Source: an uncultured Methanosarcinales archaeon
GTDB taxonomy: Archaea > Nanobdellota > Nanobdellia > Woesearchaeales > JABMPP01
Direction: 5' to 3'
Assembly (NCBI GenBank): GCA_964604995.1
Contig: CAZSAD010000010.1
Coordinates: forward strand, 1-45,652
Length of the DNA: 45,652 nt
The translations under genes and the position numbers were made by a program. Of the stretch, positions 27,285 to 36,794 are shown in pieces (position 1 is the first letter of the stretch; each line of letters opens with the position of its first letter). The notes beneath the pieces were generated by a model. The model worked only from the letters and a program-made list of their open reading frames with translations, was not told the origin of the DNA and made no database searches.

Positions 27285-29102
27285 TTAATGTTTCCTTAAA
27301 GCAGGAGGCAAAATTTCATCAAAACCATGTACATAAAAATTAGGATCATTTTTATAATGTTCAAATAACCTTCCAAAAGCTATTGCTGCCCTATATTGAG
27401 TTTTAGCATCTTTAGTAATATCCTCTTCTACAACTACATCTTTTAACATTATTCTCATAAACCTGCTAAGCATACCATCCAAAGATTTATACTGCATTTC
27501 ATCAGAGAGTTTCTTTCCAGTATATACTTGAGTTATCCTATTAAACCCACCACCTTCTTTATTTCCTTTTTGTTCATAGACAAATTGGTCTTTTTCTGCT
27601 TTTTCAATAAATGGAACATCTATTTCCAAATCAAACATTCTTTGGTATAATGCTTGCATTTTAGATTGTTCAATTCCTGATTGTGCGAGCCTTTCTTGCA
27701 TCTCTTGAATCATTTCCAAATCAGGAGATTTACCGAATGTAGTTTCAATGTAGAGTTTTTGTTTTCTAATTATAGTTAAAGCCATTAAAGATTTTGCAAG
27801 ATTATGCAATCTTTTTTCCCCATTTAAAAAATTTTTTTTATCTCTCGGAAGGTTTTTTATTAAATTAGAATAATTTTTCTTTTTATCATAATAATGTGTG
27901 GGATTAGTATAGTATAATTGCTCTAACTGATTAACTTTTTGTTCTTTTATATTTAATGAATCGTTGTGTCCTTGGGACCACATCTCATCGTTATTTGAAA
28001 GCCTATCACCTGATTTAATAAATGAGGTCATTAATTTAGCATGCAATAAATCAGAATCAGATATGGGGGTGAATCTTGGAGCTATGTCTTCTGTTAAATG
28101 AGTGTAATAATAATGTAAAAGACCTTTGTACCTGCTTAAATTACTAACCATTTGTCTTGTTATCAAAAAAGCGTCTTTTTTGTGTTTGGGTAAATCATCA
28201 TCTAATGAATTTTCCAAAGTAAAATGAGACATTTCTTTTTCTAACATTAAAAGATAATGCCCTCTTAAATCAGCTTTTATTTTATTGTTAACAATAGTAG
28301 TTAGTGCTTCATTAAAAGCACTATTAGCTTCAGCAGCTAACTGGTCTTGTGATAATATAAATGTTACAGGATGATTTTCTCTTTTAACATAATTTAGATT
28401 CTCTTTTCTTTTTAAATCAATAACTTTTTGATAAATTGCATCATAGGTATCAAGAGGATCCTTAACTTTTACATCTGCAAATTTGAATAGTTCATATTTT
28501 AAAACGTATAAAAAATCGGCGGTAAATTTTTCGTCTTCCATTCCTTTTTCATGAATAACTTCAACTATATTAGGAATTGATTTTTCATATTTACTTATAT
28601 TTTTTTCAAAATCCGCTTGCACATACTCTTCGGGTACATCGTGCAATATTGCAGCTGTGAGAGTTATATAATCAAGAGTATATTTTTTATCACTTTTATT
28701 ATTTGATAGATGTGTATGTACAGAAATTGCATTGTCAAGAAGATCAATAACGTGTGTAAAATAAGATAGACCACTTTTTCTTTTTGCTTCAGCATGCCTG
28801 CCATATGCAAGGTTTAGAGCAAAATTAATATATTTTTGTTCATAGTCGCCTAATGTTTGAATATAAGATTGAATTCTTTCTACTTTATTATGTATTTGCT
28901 CTTCAATTTCAAGAACGTCGTTTGCTAAAGAAGAAGAGTTAGATAATAATTTATTCTCAAGAGTTGGGCCTTCAAAAAAATTAATGGGCTTACTATTGTC
29001 GCCAAATTTTAGAAAATAACAAGGAGGGATATCAAAACTTAGCAATTCATCTAATGATTTATTTTTTAGTATAGCTTTATCAGTATCTCTAGTATGAATC
29101 AT
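27285..29102 (-). CDS. RelA/SpoT-type HD-domain hydrolase (SAH/Mesh1-like) with a large insertion and C-terminal extension
   Basis: ALNLAYGRHAEAKRKSGLSYFTH (cf. H..Q.RKSGEPY..H), AAILHDVPEE (HDxxED) and IKSGDRLSN (K.ADRLHN). Confidence 0.8.
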   Translation of the reverse strand: MIHTRDTDKAILKNKSLDELLSFDIPPCYFLKFGDNSKPINFFEGPTLENKLLSNSSSLANDVLEIEEQIHNKVERIQSYIQTLGDYEQKYINFALNLAYGRHAEAKRKSGLSYFTHVIDLLDNAISVHTHLSNNKSDKKYTLDYITLTAAILHDVPEEYVQADFEKNISKYEKSIPNIVEVIHEKGMEDEKFTADFLYVLKYELFKFADVKVKDPLDTYDAIYQKVIDLKRKENLNYVKRENHPVTFILSQDQLAAEANSAFNEALTTIVNNKIKADLRGHYLLMLEKEMSHFTLENSLDDDLPKHKKDAFLITRQMVSNLSRYKGLLHYYYTHLTEDIAPRFTPISDSDLLHAKLMTSFIKSGDRLSNNDEMWSQGHNDSLNIKEQKVNQLEQLYYTNPTHYYDKKKNYSNLIKNLPRDKKNFLNGEKRLHNLAKSLMALTIIRKQKLYIETTFGKSPDLEMIQEMQERLAQSGIEQSKMQALYQRMFDLEIDVPFIEKAEKDQFVYEQKGNKEGGGFNRITQVYTGKKLSDEMQYKSLDGMLSRFMRIMLKDVVVEEDITKDAKTQYRAAIAFGRLFEHYKNDPNFYVHGFDEILPPALRKH

Positions 29103-29198
29103 AGAGAAATAAACAAGTTATTTATTTAAAAAGCTTTGCCTTTTTTGTTACTGAATAGTAATTAATTAATAGAGAACTTGAAATTTAACCAAAACAAA

Positions 29199-29618
29199 TT
29201 AATTGGTATTTATAAAAATAAATTGAATATCTAAAACATTACTTGGATTTTTTAATAGTTCTATTAATTTTCTGTTCAGCATTTTAGCGCTTTTATTAGT
29301 TCTAATACCTAAAGTCCTATCTGAAGTAAATTCTCCAATTCTAAAAACTAATTCATAATCATCAGAAAAATTAGGGTTAATAGATGCAATTATTTCTTCT
29401 TTTAATCCATCACATGCTAATTGAATTTTTAATTTATTGTGTTTTTTTGCGAACTGCCTTATTGTTTCACTATCAAAATTACAATTAACACCCACAATGC
29501 AATCGCCCTGCTTTGTAAGATTAGTATCTTTTGTTAGCTCAAAAGTGTTTTTATGAGTTGCTAATATATTTTCATGTCCAAAACATTTAAAGAATAAAGT
29601 TTCTTCCAATAATACCAC
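29199..29618 (-). CDS. DUF371-family protein
   Basis: GHENILATHKNTFELTKD.LT.QGDCIVGV and RTL..RTNKSA..L.R motifs. The start may be TTG 29609. Confidence 0.9.
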   Translation of the reverse strand: MVLLEETLFFKCFGHENILATHKNTFELTKDTNLTKQGDCIVGVNCNFDSETIRQFAKKHNKLKIQLACDGLKEEIIASINPNFSDDYELVFRIGEFTSDRTLGIRTNKSAKMLNRKLIELLKNPSNVLDIQFIFINTN

Positions 29619-29671
29619 CTTGATTAATATTTAAAAAATTAAAAAATTAAAGTAAGATTTATGTGTTCAGT

Positions 29672-29896
29672 TTATCTTTTTAATTTCTCATCTAATTTTT
29701 GATGTGTTTGTTGATTGGAATGTTGCTGAGAACTAATTTCAATACCTAAATCCTTGAGAGATTTTAAGTGCATTTTCATTAATTGTTCAACTATTGATAA
29801 AATTTTTAGCATTTCTTCTCTTTCTTTAGCTAGTGTTGCTAGTGCTCCTTTGTGAAAACCGATTTGTTCATCATTATTAATTTTTTGTTGTGCCAT
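29672..29896 (-). CDS. Small helical hypothetical protein
   Basis: 74 aa, AGGTGA RBS, EQIGFHKGALATLAKEREEM...; co-oriented between elp3 and DUF371. Confidence 0.75.
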   Translation of the reverse strand: MAQQKINNDEQIGFHKGALATLAKEREEMLKILSIVEQLMKMHLKSLKDLGIEISSQQHSNQQTHQKLDEKLKR

Positions 29897-29983
29897 ATTA
29901 TCACCTAAAAATTAAAGTTAATTTAGGAGTATATTAATCTTTAGAAATTTAATTTTAAGATTCGTTTTTTTATACTGATTTTT

Positions 29984-31726
29984 TTAAATTAATTTTTTTC
30001 CCATATAAGGCCCAAGATTAGTGTATCCGATTTTACGATAATATTCTTTTACACCAACACCTGAGATTACTGCTATTTTTTTCATATCAAAATCTTCCAA
30101 AGCTATTTTTTCTGCTTCTTTTATTAATTGTTTACCTATTCCTTTGTGCTGGCTTGCAGACTCATCTTTTTTTCCAATGCCAACTGCTTGGCCGTAAACA
30201 TGCAATTCTCTTATTCCTGCAGTTTTTTTGTCTAATTCTGTCCTAAATGGATTTGCTGGAATTCTAAGTCTTGCAAAACCAACTAAAATATCATTTTTAG
30301 TATCTTCACTTGAAATAAATATTTCTTTTCCATCAGATGCGTCGTATTCTGTTCTTTGAATTTTGACATTGTCCCAATTGATATCTTTTGACTTTGGTTC
30401 TTTGCACCTTATACATTTGCAATCAATATTTTTTTCAATAAGCTTTTTTTCAACATATTGTCTAAGGTTAGTTCTATCAACTCCTATTTCAGTCATAAAT
30501 GTCGGAATATCTCTTTGGACTCGCATAATTCTTAGCCATTTTGGAACATACCTTTTGAATTCACTAATTATTTCAGCTGACTCCTCAGTTGTTAATGGAA
30601 TGAATTCTCCTCTTTTCCATTCTTCATATAATTCTGTTCCTTTTAGAACCATACATGGGTAAAGTTTTAGAGCATCAGGCATAAAATCTGAATTTTCAAC
30701 AATTTGCCTTAATGAATGCAAGTCTTGCTCTTTTGTGACTTCAGGAAGGCCAGGCATCATATGATAACCAACTTTTAAGAATGAATCTTTCAGAAGTCTT
30801 GTTGCATTTATTGTATCTTTTACTGTGTGCATTCTTTTAATTCTCTCAAGCACACTATCATATACAGTCTGAACACCTATTTCAATGCGTGTTGTGCCAT
30901 ATTTTAACATTAAATCAATTTGTGCTTCTTTTGACCAATCAGGCCTTGTTTCTAAGCAAAGAGCAACAATTCTAATTTGTGCAGTTTCATTTTTTTTCTT
31001 TTCTTCTTCTAAATCAACTTCTTTTGCTTCATTTTTATTATTATACTTATCTTTTAATTTCAAAAGTTGCTCTTGAATTTGTGTTGTTCTATTTTCATCA
31101 TGCAAATCGCCTGGTAATTTGAAAAATGAATTGAACTTATTAATTTTTAAATTGCCTTTGCTATCAAAGAATTTTTCAGATAAATCATTCATTGCCTTGT
31201 AAGAATATTTCATGAATTCTTCTTGATAAGGGATTGGAAAACTTGTGAATGTTCCGCCCATTACAATTAATTCAATTTTATCAGGAACTTTATTCATGGC
31301 TAAATACTGCTCAATTCTATTTGCAACTTGCAAATAAGGATCATAAGAATTTCTAATTGCACGCCTTGTTGCTGGCTCTTTACCTGTATAAGATTGCGGA
31401 ACATTTCCAAAAATTGAACCTGGACCACCCGGACAATAAGTACATTTTCCGTGTCTACATGCAATTGGTTTTGGCATTATTGCAATTGTTGCAACTCCGC
31501 TAAGTGTTCTTGTAGGTTTTATTGTAAAAAGATTTTTGAATTGTAATCTTTCTTTGTTTGTTGCAAAAGAAGTTATATCAATATTTTTTGGGATTTTTGT
31601 AAATTTATGTTTTTTTAGAACTTTAGCTTTAATAGTATTGAAAGCTTGCTGATCATTTGTTTTTTGTTTTTTTACTTCTTCAATTATTTCACGGCAAATT
31701 TCTTTGTATAATGCTTCTTGTTTCAT
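29984..31726 (-). CDS. elp3: tRNA uridine(34) acetyltransferase Elp3 (radical SAM plus GNAT)
   Basis: RTLSGVA, CRHGKCTYCPGG, QSYTGKEP, ETRPD, RVQRDIP, RELHVYG and QHKGIG. Confidence 0.97.
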   Translation of the reverse strand: MKQEALYKEICREIIEEVKKQKTNDQQAFNTIKAKVLKKHKFTKIPKNIDITSFATNKERLQFKNLFTIKPTRTLSGVATIAIMPKPIACRHGKCTYCPGGPGSIFGNVPQSYTGKEPATRRAIRNSYDPYLQVANRIEQYLAMNKVPDKIELIVMGGTFTSFPIPYQEEFMKYSYKAMNDLSEKFFDSKGNLKINKFNSFFKLPGDLHDENRTTQIQEQLLKLKDKYNNKNEAKEVDLEEEKKKNETAQIRIVALCLETRPDWSKEAQIDLMLKYGTTRIEIGVQTVYDSVLERIKRMHTVKDTINATRLLKDSFLKVGYHMMPGLPEVTKEQDLHSLRQIVENSDFMPDALKLYPCMVLKGTELYEEWKRGEFIPLTTEESAEIISEFKRYVPKWLRIMRVQRDIPTFMTEIGVDRTNLRQYVEKKLIEKNIDCKCIRCKEPKSKDINWDNVKIQRTEYDASDGKEIFISSEDTKNDILVGFARLRIPANPFRTELDKKTAGIRELHVYGQAVGIGKKDESASQHKGIGKQLIKEAEKIALEDFDMKKIAVISGVGVKEYYRKIGYTNLGPYMGKKLI

Positions 31727-31815
31727 ATTTAAAATTAGGATTTATTAGTGTATATAAGATTATGCTTAGTAATTCTGCGAAAAAAATATATACTAAAGAG
31801 AAGGAGTGTTTGATT

Positions 31816-33363
31816 ATGAATACAAAGCAATTTATGAAAAAATGGAACATAAGGGAACATTCTAAGCTTATAGATTTAGTTAATACTGAAAAATGGCTCT
31901 GGAGAGAAAAAATACGAACAGGAATATTCAGCAAAAAAACATTACCTATTAACTGGAAAACTGTAAATAATTATTTAAACAAACCTATGAAAAATCTCAA
32001 GAAAATGATTAAAAGGCAAGTGATGAGAAATATTCTTGAGGAACTTGCTAATGAATTTAAGAAAGATGGAGAAGGTGAACTTTATTCAAATGTGATGTTA
32101 GTAATCAATGAAATGGAAATAAAGTATCCTGTTAAATATGACTGGCTAAGAAAATTTGTAGTGAATAAAATAAAAAAAGAACCCGGGAATATGAAAAGTG
32201 GAATTGTAAGCACAAATGATCCCTCTTATTTTGACTTTTCTAGTGTTGTTGTAAAGAATTGGAAGCACATAGCAAACATGATGTATGCAATGTTCACTGG
32301 TGATGAAGGTATTGAACTAAAAATAAATGGTACTGGTTCATTCTTATTTAATGGTCTTTTTAGGTTTTATACAATCGGGATACTTACCGAAAACAACCTT
32401 CAGGAATGGTCATCTCTTGCTCTTGCAGACAAAGATGTGACGGAAAACAGGATAAATGCAGATTATATTTTTACAAATAAGATAGTTCCGATATTTGAAT
32501 CAAAAATAAAGAAGTACGGCCTTCCAATTAGAGAAACACTCAGAGCCCATGGTCTTGATATTACCAGAAATTTCTGCAACAAGATATCTTTTTGGTATGG
32601 GCCTTCAAAGCTTTTTGCCTCTTTGAAAATTATTGAAGAACTTGAAAAGCACAGACCCGGCTCTGCTTTTAATCTTTACAAAATTCAAGGATTGTTAGCA
32701 TTTTATTATTTTGAACTTGAAACTTTAATCCAACAGGCAGATAACCTGAACTCTGAAAAAAAATATGGCATTTTTTTAAAGGCCAGATGGGAATATCAGA
32801 CAACACCCAGCAGATGGATTCCTTTCACATACATAACTGAAGGACAAGAATGGTTTATGAAGGATATTGAAAAATTAGGATACTTAACTAGAATTATAGA
32901 GGTTCATGATATAAAGGATGCATATAAACGATTGATGCTTCTTGATAGGCATTTTAACAAAGATGGTAACAATAAAATAAAGTTTATCGTAATTTCGGGG
33001 CATGGTGATGAAGAAGGAGTAGTAATAGGAAATGAAAAGGAAGATTTAGTCTCTGAAGATTATTTTAACTATGACAAATACAGCCTAAAAATAAGTGATA
33101 GTAAATACGAAAAAAGAATTGAAAATCTAAAAGATATAGCGGATGATAGTGCACAGATTGTAGTAGCTAGCTGCAAAACAGGAGAAGATGGAAGATTTGC
33201 ATATTTACTGGCAAAAGCATTTAGAAGAAACCCTATTTATTCTTCCAAAAAAGAGATAAGCGACTTAAGATGTAAACCTTATCTGGAAAACGGCACATTA
33301 AAATTTAATGTGAAATATGTAAAAGGAGTAATATCCTTTAATTCATCTAAATATGGGGGATAA
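31816..33363 (+). CDS. Hypothetical protein with a C-terminal clan-CD (caspase/CHAT/C80-like) cysteine peptidase-like domain
   Basis: AAGGAG RBS before ATG 31816 (the track start 31657 overlaps elp3). Strand-GHG (KFIVISGHG) and strand-SC (QIVVASCKTG) give a His/Cys dyad pattern. Confidence 0.6.
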   Translation: MNTKQFMKKWNIREHSKLIDLVNTEKWLWREKIRTGIFSKKTLPINWKTVNNYLNKPMKNLKKMIKRQVMRNILEELANEFKKDGEGELYSNVMLVINEMEIKYPVKYDWLRKFVVNKIKKEPGNMKSGIVSTNDPSYFDFSSVVVKNWKHIANMMYAMFTGDEGIELKINGTGSFLFNGLFRFYTIGILTENNLQEWSSLALADKDVTENRINADYIFTNKIVPIFESKIKKYGLPIRETLRAHGLDITRNFCNKISFWYGPSKLFASLKIIEELEKHRPGSAFNLYKIQGLLAFYYFELETLIQQADNLNSEKKYGIFLKARWEYQTTPSRWIPFTYITEGQEWFMKDIEKLGYLTRIIEVHDIKDAYKRLMLLDRHFNKDGNNKIKFIVISGHGDEEGVVIGNEKEDLVSEDYFNYDKYSLKISDSKYEKRIENLKDIADDSAQIVVASCKTGEDGRFAYLLAKAFRRNPIYSSKKEISDLRCKPYLENGTLKFNVKYVKGVISFNSSKYGG

Positions 33364-33448
33364 CAAGGAGGATTCTTTAGGGATAGTGGTGTTTAATTTC
33401 ACAAATCTTTTTATATTTAGAGCAACATTTAGTTTTTTGGAAAGCAAA

Positions 33449-33811
33449 ATGAAAAAAATTCTAATTATTGAGGATGAAGAAAATATTGCACAAGCTGAAA
33501 AGCTAATACTCGAAAATGATTATGAAATAAAAATAGCATCTGATGGAGAAGCTGGGTGGAAAATGATAAAAAGTTTTAGACCCAATTTAATTGTTCTTGA
33601 TTTAATGCTCCCAAATAGAGGAGGATATGATTTAAGTTTTAATATAAGGCAAGATAAAGATTTAAAAGATATTAAAATATTAATGGTTAGCGCTTTAGGG
33701 CAAACAATTGATAAGAAAAAAGGGGTGCTAGTAGGAGCAGATGCTTATTTGACAAAACCATTTGAAGCAGAAGACTTACTAGATAATGTCAGAAAATTGC
33801 TTAGTGAATAA
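33449..33811 (+). CDS. Single-domain response regulator (receiver)
   Basis: MKKILIIEDE, VLDLMLP (phospho-Asp), VSA and YLTKPF. Start at ATG 33449 (track start 33353). Confidence 0.95.
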   Translation: MKKILIIEDEENIAQAEKLILENDYEIKIASDGEAGWKMIKSFRPNLIVLDLMLPNRGGYDLSFNIRQDKDLKDIKILMVSALGQTIDKKKGVLVGADAYLTKPFEAEDLLDNVRKLLSE

Positions 33812-33863
33812 ATAGAAAAACTGCAGAAATAATTAAGCAATTACTAAAATTGAGATAAAGAAT

Positions 33864-35393
33864 ATGACACACCTCTTGACAATATTTTCACCTCAAGCAT
33901 TACACAGCTTTTTCTTTTTTTTAAGTACAGATTTAGGTGTTTTCTATAAAAGTTGCATAGAATTGATAATTTTTTTATTGTTATCGTATATGGTTACATC
34001 CGAGTATCTTAGAACTGTAGATAGCGATAGAAAACAAGAACTAAAATATTTAATTTTTGCTTTTTGCAGTTTTTTACTAAATAGCTTTTTAGATGTTTTA
34101 ATTTCAGCTAATGTTGTTTTTGGCGATTTTGATATAAGTCAAATAGCCAGTTTTTGGCCAGTTTTAGATGTAATTTTTGATCTTTTTGCCCTAATGCTAC
34201 TTTTGAACGCATTTATATATCCAGTTTTTAAAAAAAGAATTGCATTATTCAAACTTGATTTAAAACTTCAAATTATTGGGCTATTTTTTATAGGGTTAAT
34301 TGTTGAAAGTTTTTGGTTGCTTGAATACAAAAATTCAAATTTTTATAATTTTTGGGGAGAGTATATTCTAGTTTTTATTAAATTAATACTTATTAGCTAT
34401 GCATTGTATGAGTTATATTTTCATTCAACTGAAGAATTCAAATACAGAGGAAATGTTTTCTTAGCATTTTGGCTTTATTTGATGGTTCCGCTTTTGCACT
34501 TTTCAAATATAATATTTTTTGAGAATAATTCTATTAGATTAAGATTATTAGAAGAACCATTTCCATTGTTTGCAATACTTCTTTTGACACAAGTTACTTA
34601 TTTAAAATTAGTTGACAAATTTTATCTTAGACAAAAATTATTTGAAACTGAAAAAAAATACAAAGTTGAAAAAGAAATAAGCGAAATGAAAGATGAATTT
34701 GTATCAGTTGTAAGCCATGAGCTTCGAACTCCACTAACATCGATGAAATTGTATATATCATTAATGAACAATGAAAAGTTTGGAGCAGTTAATGCAAAAC
34801 AAAAAGAAGCGCTTTTGATTATAAGAAATGAAAGCGATAGATTAACTAACCTTATTGAAGATATATTAACTTTGTCAAAGATAGAAGCTGGAAAAATGAA
34901 TATTAAAATCGAAGAATTTGATTTAAATGATTTAAAAAATCCGATTCATTATGTTGGTGCAAAAGAAAAAGATATTGGTGTTATTTTTTATATGCCTCCT
35001 AAATTTTTAGTAAAAGTAGATAGAGCTAAAATTATACAAATATTTGTTAATTTGATGAGTAATGCAGTTAAATTTACAGAGGAGCATGGAAAAATTACAG
35101 TTGCATGTGAAGATTTAGGAAAAGAATGGAGTTTATCAATTGCTGATAATGGAAAAGGTATACCTAAAGAAGAAATACCTAAATTATTTAGCAAATTTTA
35201 TCAGGTTGAAGAGCATATGACAAGAACAAAAGGCGGTTCAGGTCTTGGACTTGCAATTGTAAAAAATATTGTTGATTTACATAAAGGAAGAATTGAAGTA
35301 AAATCTGAAATTGACAAAGGAAGCAGGTTTACAATTTACATTCCAAAAGATATTGAAAATAAAAGTGAAGAGTTAAAATTTTCTTTGGATTAA
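33864..35393 (+). CDS. Multi-TM sensor histidine kinase (HisKA plus HATPase_c)
   Basis: About 7-8 TM helices; H-box SHELRTPLT, N-box NLMSNAVKFT, DNGKGI, FSKFYQ and GSGLGL. Confidence 0.96.
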   Translation: MTHLLTIFSPQALHSFFFFLSTDLGVFYKSCIELIIFLLLSYMVTSEYLRTVDSDRKQELKYLIFAFCSFLLNSFLDVLISANVVFGDFDISQIASFWPVLDVIFDLFALMLLLNAFIYPVFKKRIALFKLDLKLQIIGLFFIGLIVESFWLLEYKNSNFYNFWGEYILVFIKLILISYALYELYFHSTEEFKYRGNVFLAFWLYLMVPLLHFSNIIFFENNSIRLRLLEEPFPLFAILLLTQVTYLKLVDKFYLRQKLFETEKKYKVEKEISEMKDEFVSVVSHELRTPLTSMKLYISLMNNEKFGAVNAKQKEALLIIRNESDRLTNLIEDILTLSKIEAGKMNIKIEEFDLNDLKNPIHYVGAKEKDIGVIFYMPPKFLVKVDRAKIIQIFVNLMSNAVKFTEEHGKITVACEDLGKEWSLSIADNGKGIPKEEIPKLFSKFYQVEEHMTRTKGGSGLGLAIVKNIVDLHKGRIEVKSEIDKGSRFTIYIPKDIENKSEELKFSLD

Positions 35394-35417
35394 TTTTGTA
35401 AAAAATTAATTTGTTTT

Positions 35418-36191
35418 TTAATTGGATTTATTTAATTTTTCTATTTTTAGATTGAAATGTTTTGATAATGCTTGCATAACTTCTTGAAAGGTTACTTGTT
35501 CAACGATGAGTGGTTCTAGATCTTCATTCCATCTTTTGTATAGTTTGTTTGCATTATTGAACATTTTTATTATGTTAAATTCGTCTCCTGATTGCATACA
35601 TTTCTTTTTTACGAGAGTAAAATCGATAGGTATTTTTCTTTTAATAATTTGATATAAATCATAATGATCTCTGGGTTTGTTTCTTCCTATTGCTGCAGCC
35701 ATTTTTTCTGCAACCATTTCATTTTGTGAAAGACAAGGTGTGGAAAATTTAGGGATGTTTAGATAAAAATGTTTTATGTTTATATGTTCAGACTTTGTTA
35801 ATAAGTTTCCTCTCTCGTTTAAGTCAATAAATATTTCTCCTGTTCCTATTTCTGTATCGTAGGGAACTACTAATCTTACAAATTTATCAACATCTTTGTC
35901 TTGAGTAATTTTTCCAAACATTGCAGAATTATTTACTGCTTTTATTATCTCTTTTCTGATTTTGGAAAGTGGGCGGTCTAGCGTAAAGTCTATGTCTTCA
36001 CTAATTCTCGAATAATTAAGAATTGTTTTGTTTAACGCTGTTCCCCCTTTGAAATATAATCCTTTAATATCTTTAATGAGATAGAGCAGTATTGTTATGT
36101 AATAATCTTTAGCCAGAAGTTTTTGTTGAAACTTGTGTTCTGCCACTATAAGTTCAAATTCTTGTTTTACCAATTTTTTGATTTTGTCCAT
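35418..36191 (-). CDS. abiEii: AbiEii-family nucleotidyltransferase toxin (type IV TA)
   Basis: KDYY, FKGGTAL, RISEDIDF and AEKMAA..GRNKPRDHYDL motifs. Confidence 0.92.
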   Translation of the reverse strand: MDKIKKLVKQEFELIVAEHKFQQKLLAKDYYITILLYLIKDIKGLYFKGGTALNKTILNYSRISEDIDFTLDRPLSKIRKEIIKAVNNSAMFGKITQDKDVDKFVRLVVPYDTEIGTGEIFIDLNERGNLLTKSEHINIKHFYLNIPKFSTPCLSQNEMVAEKMAAAIGRNKPRDHYDLYQIIKRKIPIDFTLVKKKCMQSGDEFNIIKMFNNANKLYKRWNEDLEPLIVEQVTFQEVMQALSKHFNLKIEKLNKSN

Positions 36192-36688
36192 TTTATAGAT
36201 TCCTTTTTGTTAAGTATTCTAAATGTATGATCTCTTACTTTTTTTGTTATTGCATTGTTTATGCGTTTTTGTGTTGTTTTTTTAAATATGAATGAAGTGT
36301 TGAGTATTGTTGCTCTGCCATTTCTTTTGTTTGTGTAAATTTCTATTTTCATTGGAATTTGATCTGTTAATCTCCAATAATTTGCTGCAGACCATCCACC
36401 AATGTAATAATCTTTACCATTGAATATTTCATCTGCTATAATAAATGCATCATCACTCCAACGGCCATATTTTGCTTTTATTGGAATAAGATAATATTTG
36501 TTTTTATTTATTCCGATAATTCTTTTCTTTGAAATAAGTCTGTGAATTGTATATCGTAGTTTTGATTCTGAATCAAAGTGATGTTTGATATCATTTCTTG
36601 TAAAGTAATATTTCTGATTAAATTCTAGTTCTGCAATAATTTGCACCTCTTTTTTTGAGAGGGAACCTATATCATTAGATATTGACAT
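36167..36688 (-). CDS. abiEi: AbiEi-family antitoxin/transcriptional regulator (type IV TA)
   Basis: N-terminal wHTH (IHRLISKKRI..INKNKYYL) and YYIGGWSAANYWRLTDQIP; overlaps abiEii by 25 bp. Confidence 0.88.
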   Translation of the reverse strand: MSISNDIGSLSKKEVQIIAELEFNQKYYFTRNDIKHHFDSESKLRYTIHRLISKKRIIGINKNKYYLIPIKAKYGRWSDDAFIIADEIFNGKDYYIGGWSAANYWRLTDQIPMKIEIYTNKRNGRATILNTSFIFKKTTQKRINNAITKKVRDHTFRILNKKESIKWTKSKNW

Positions 36689-36794
36689 AATCAATATATA
36701 GTGATAATACTATTTAAATGTTTCGATTTTTATCATTTGATAGGCATTTCTAAAAATAGAAGTAATTTGATTTTTGAAATGTTATATTTATTAT

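Noticed and set aside
31657..31815. Hydrophobic N-terminal extension of the 568-aa ORF as a signal peptide
   Set aside because: It overlaps the elp3 start and the divergent promoter region. The RBS supports ATG 31816.
33864..34640. 7-TM kinase sensor as a possible rhodopsin-histidine kinase
   Set aside because: It has no helix-G DxxxK retinal-binding motif and no helix-C RYxxW motif.
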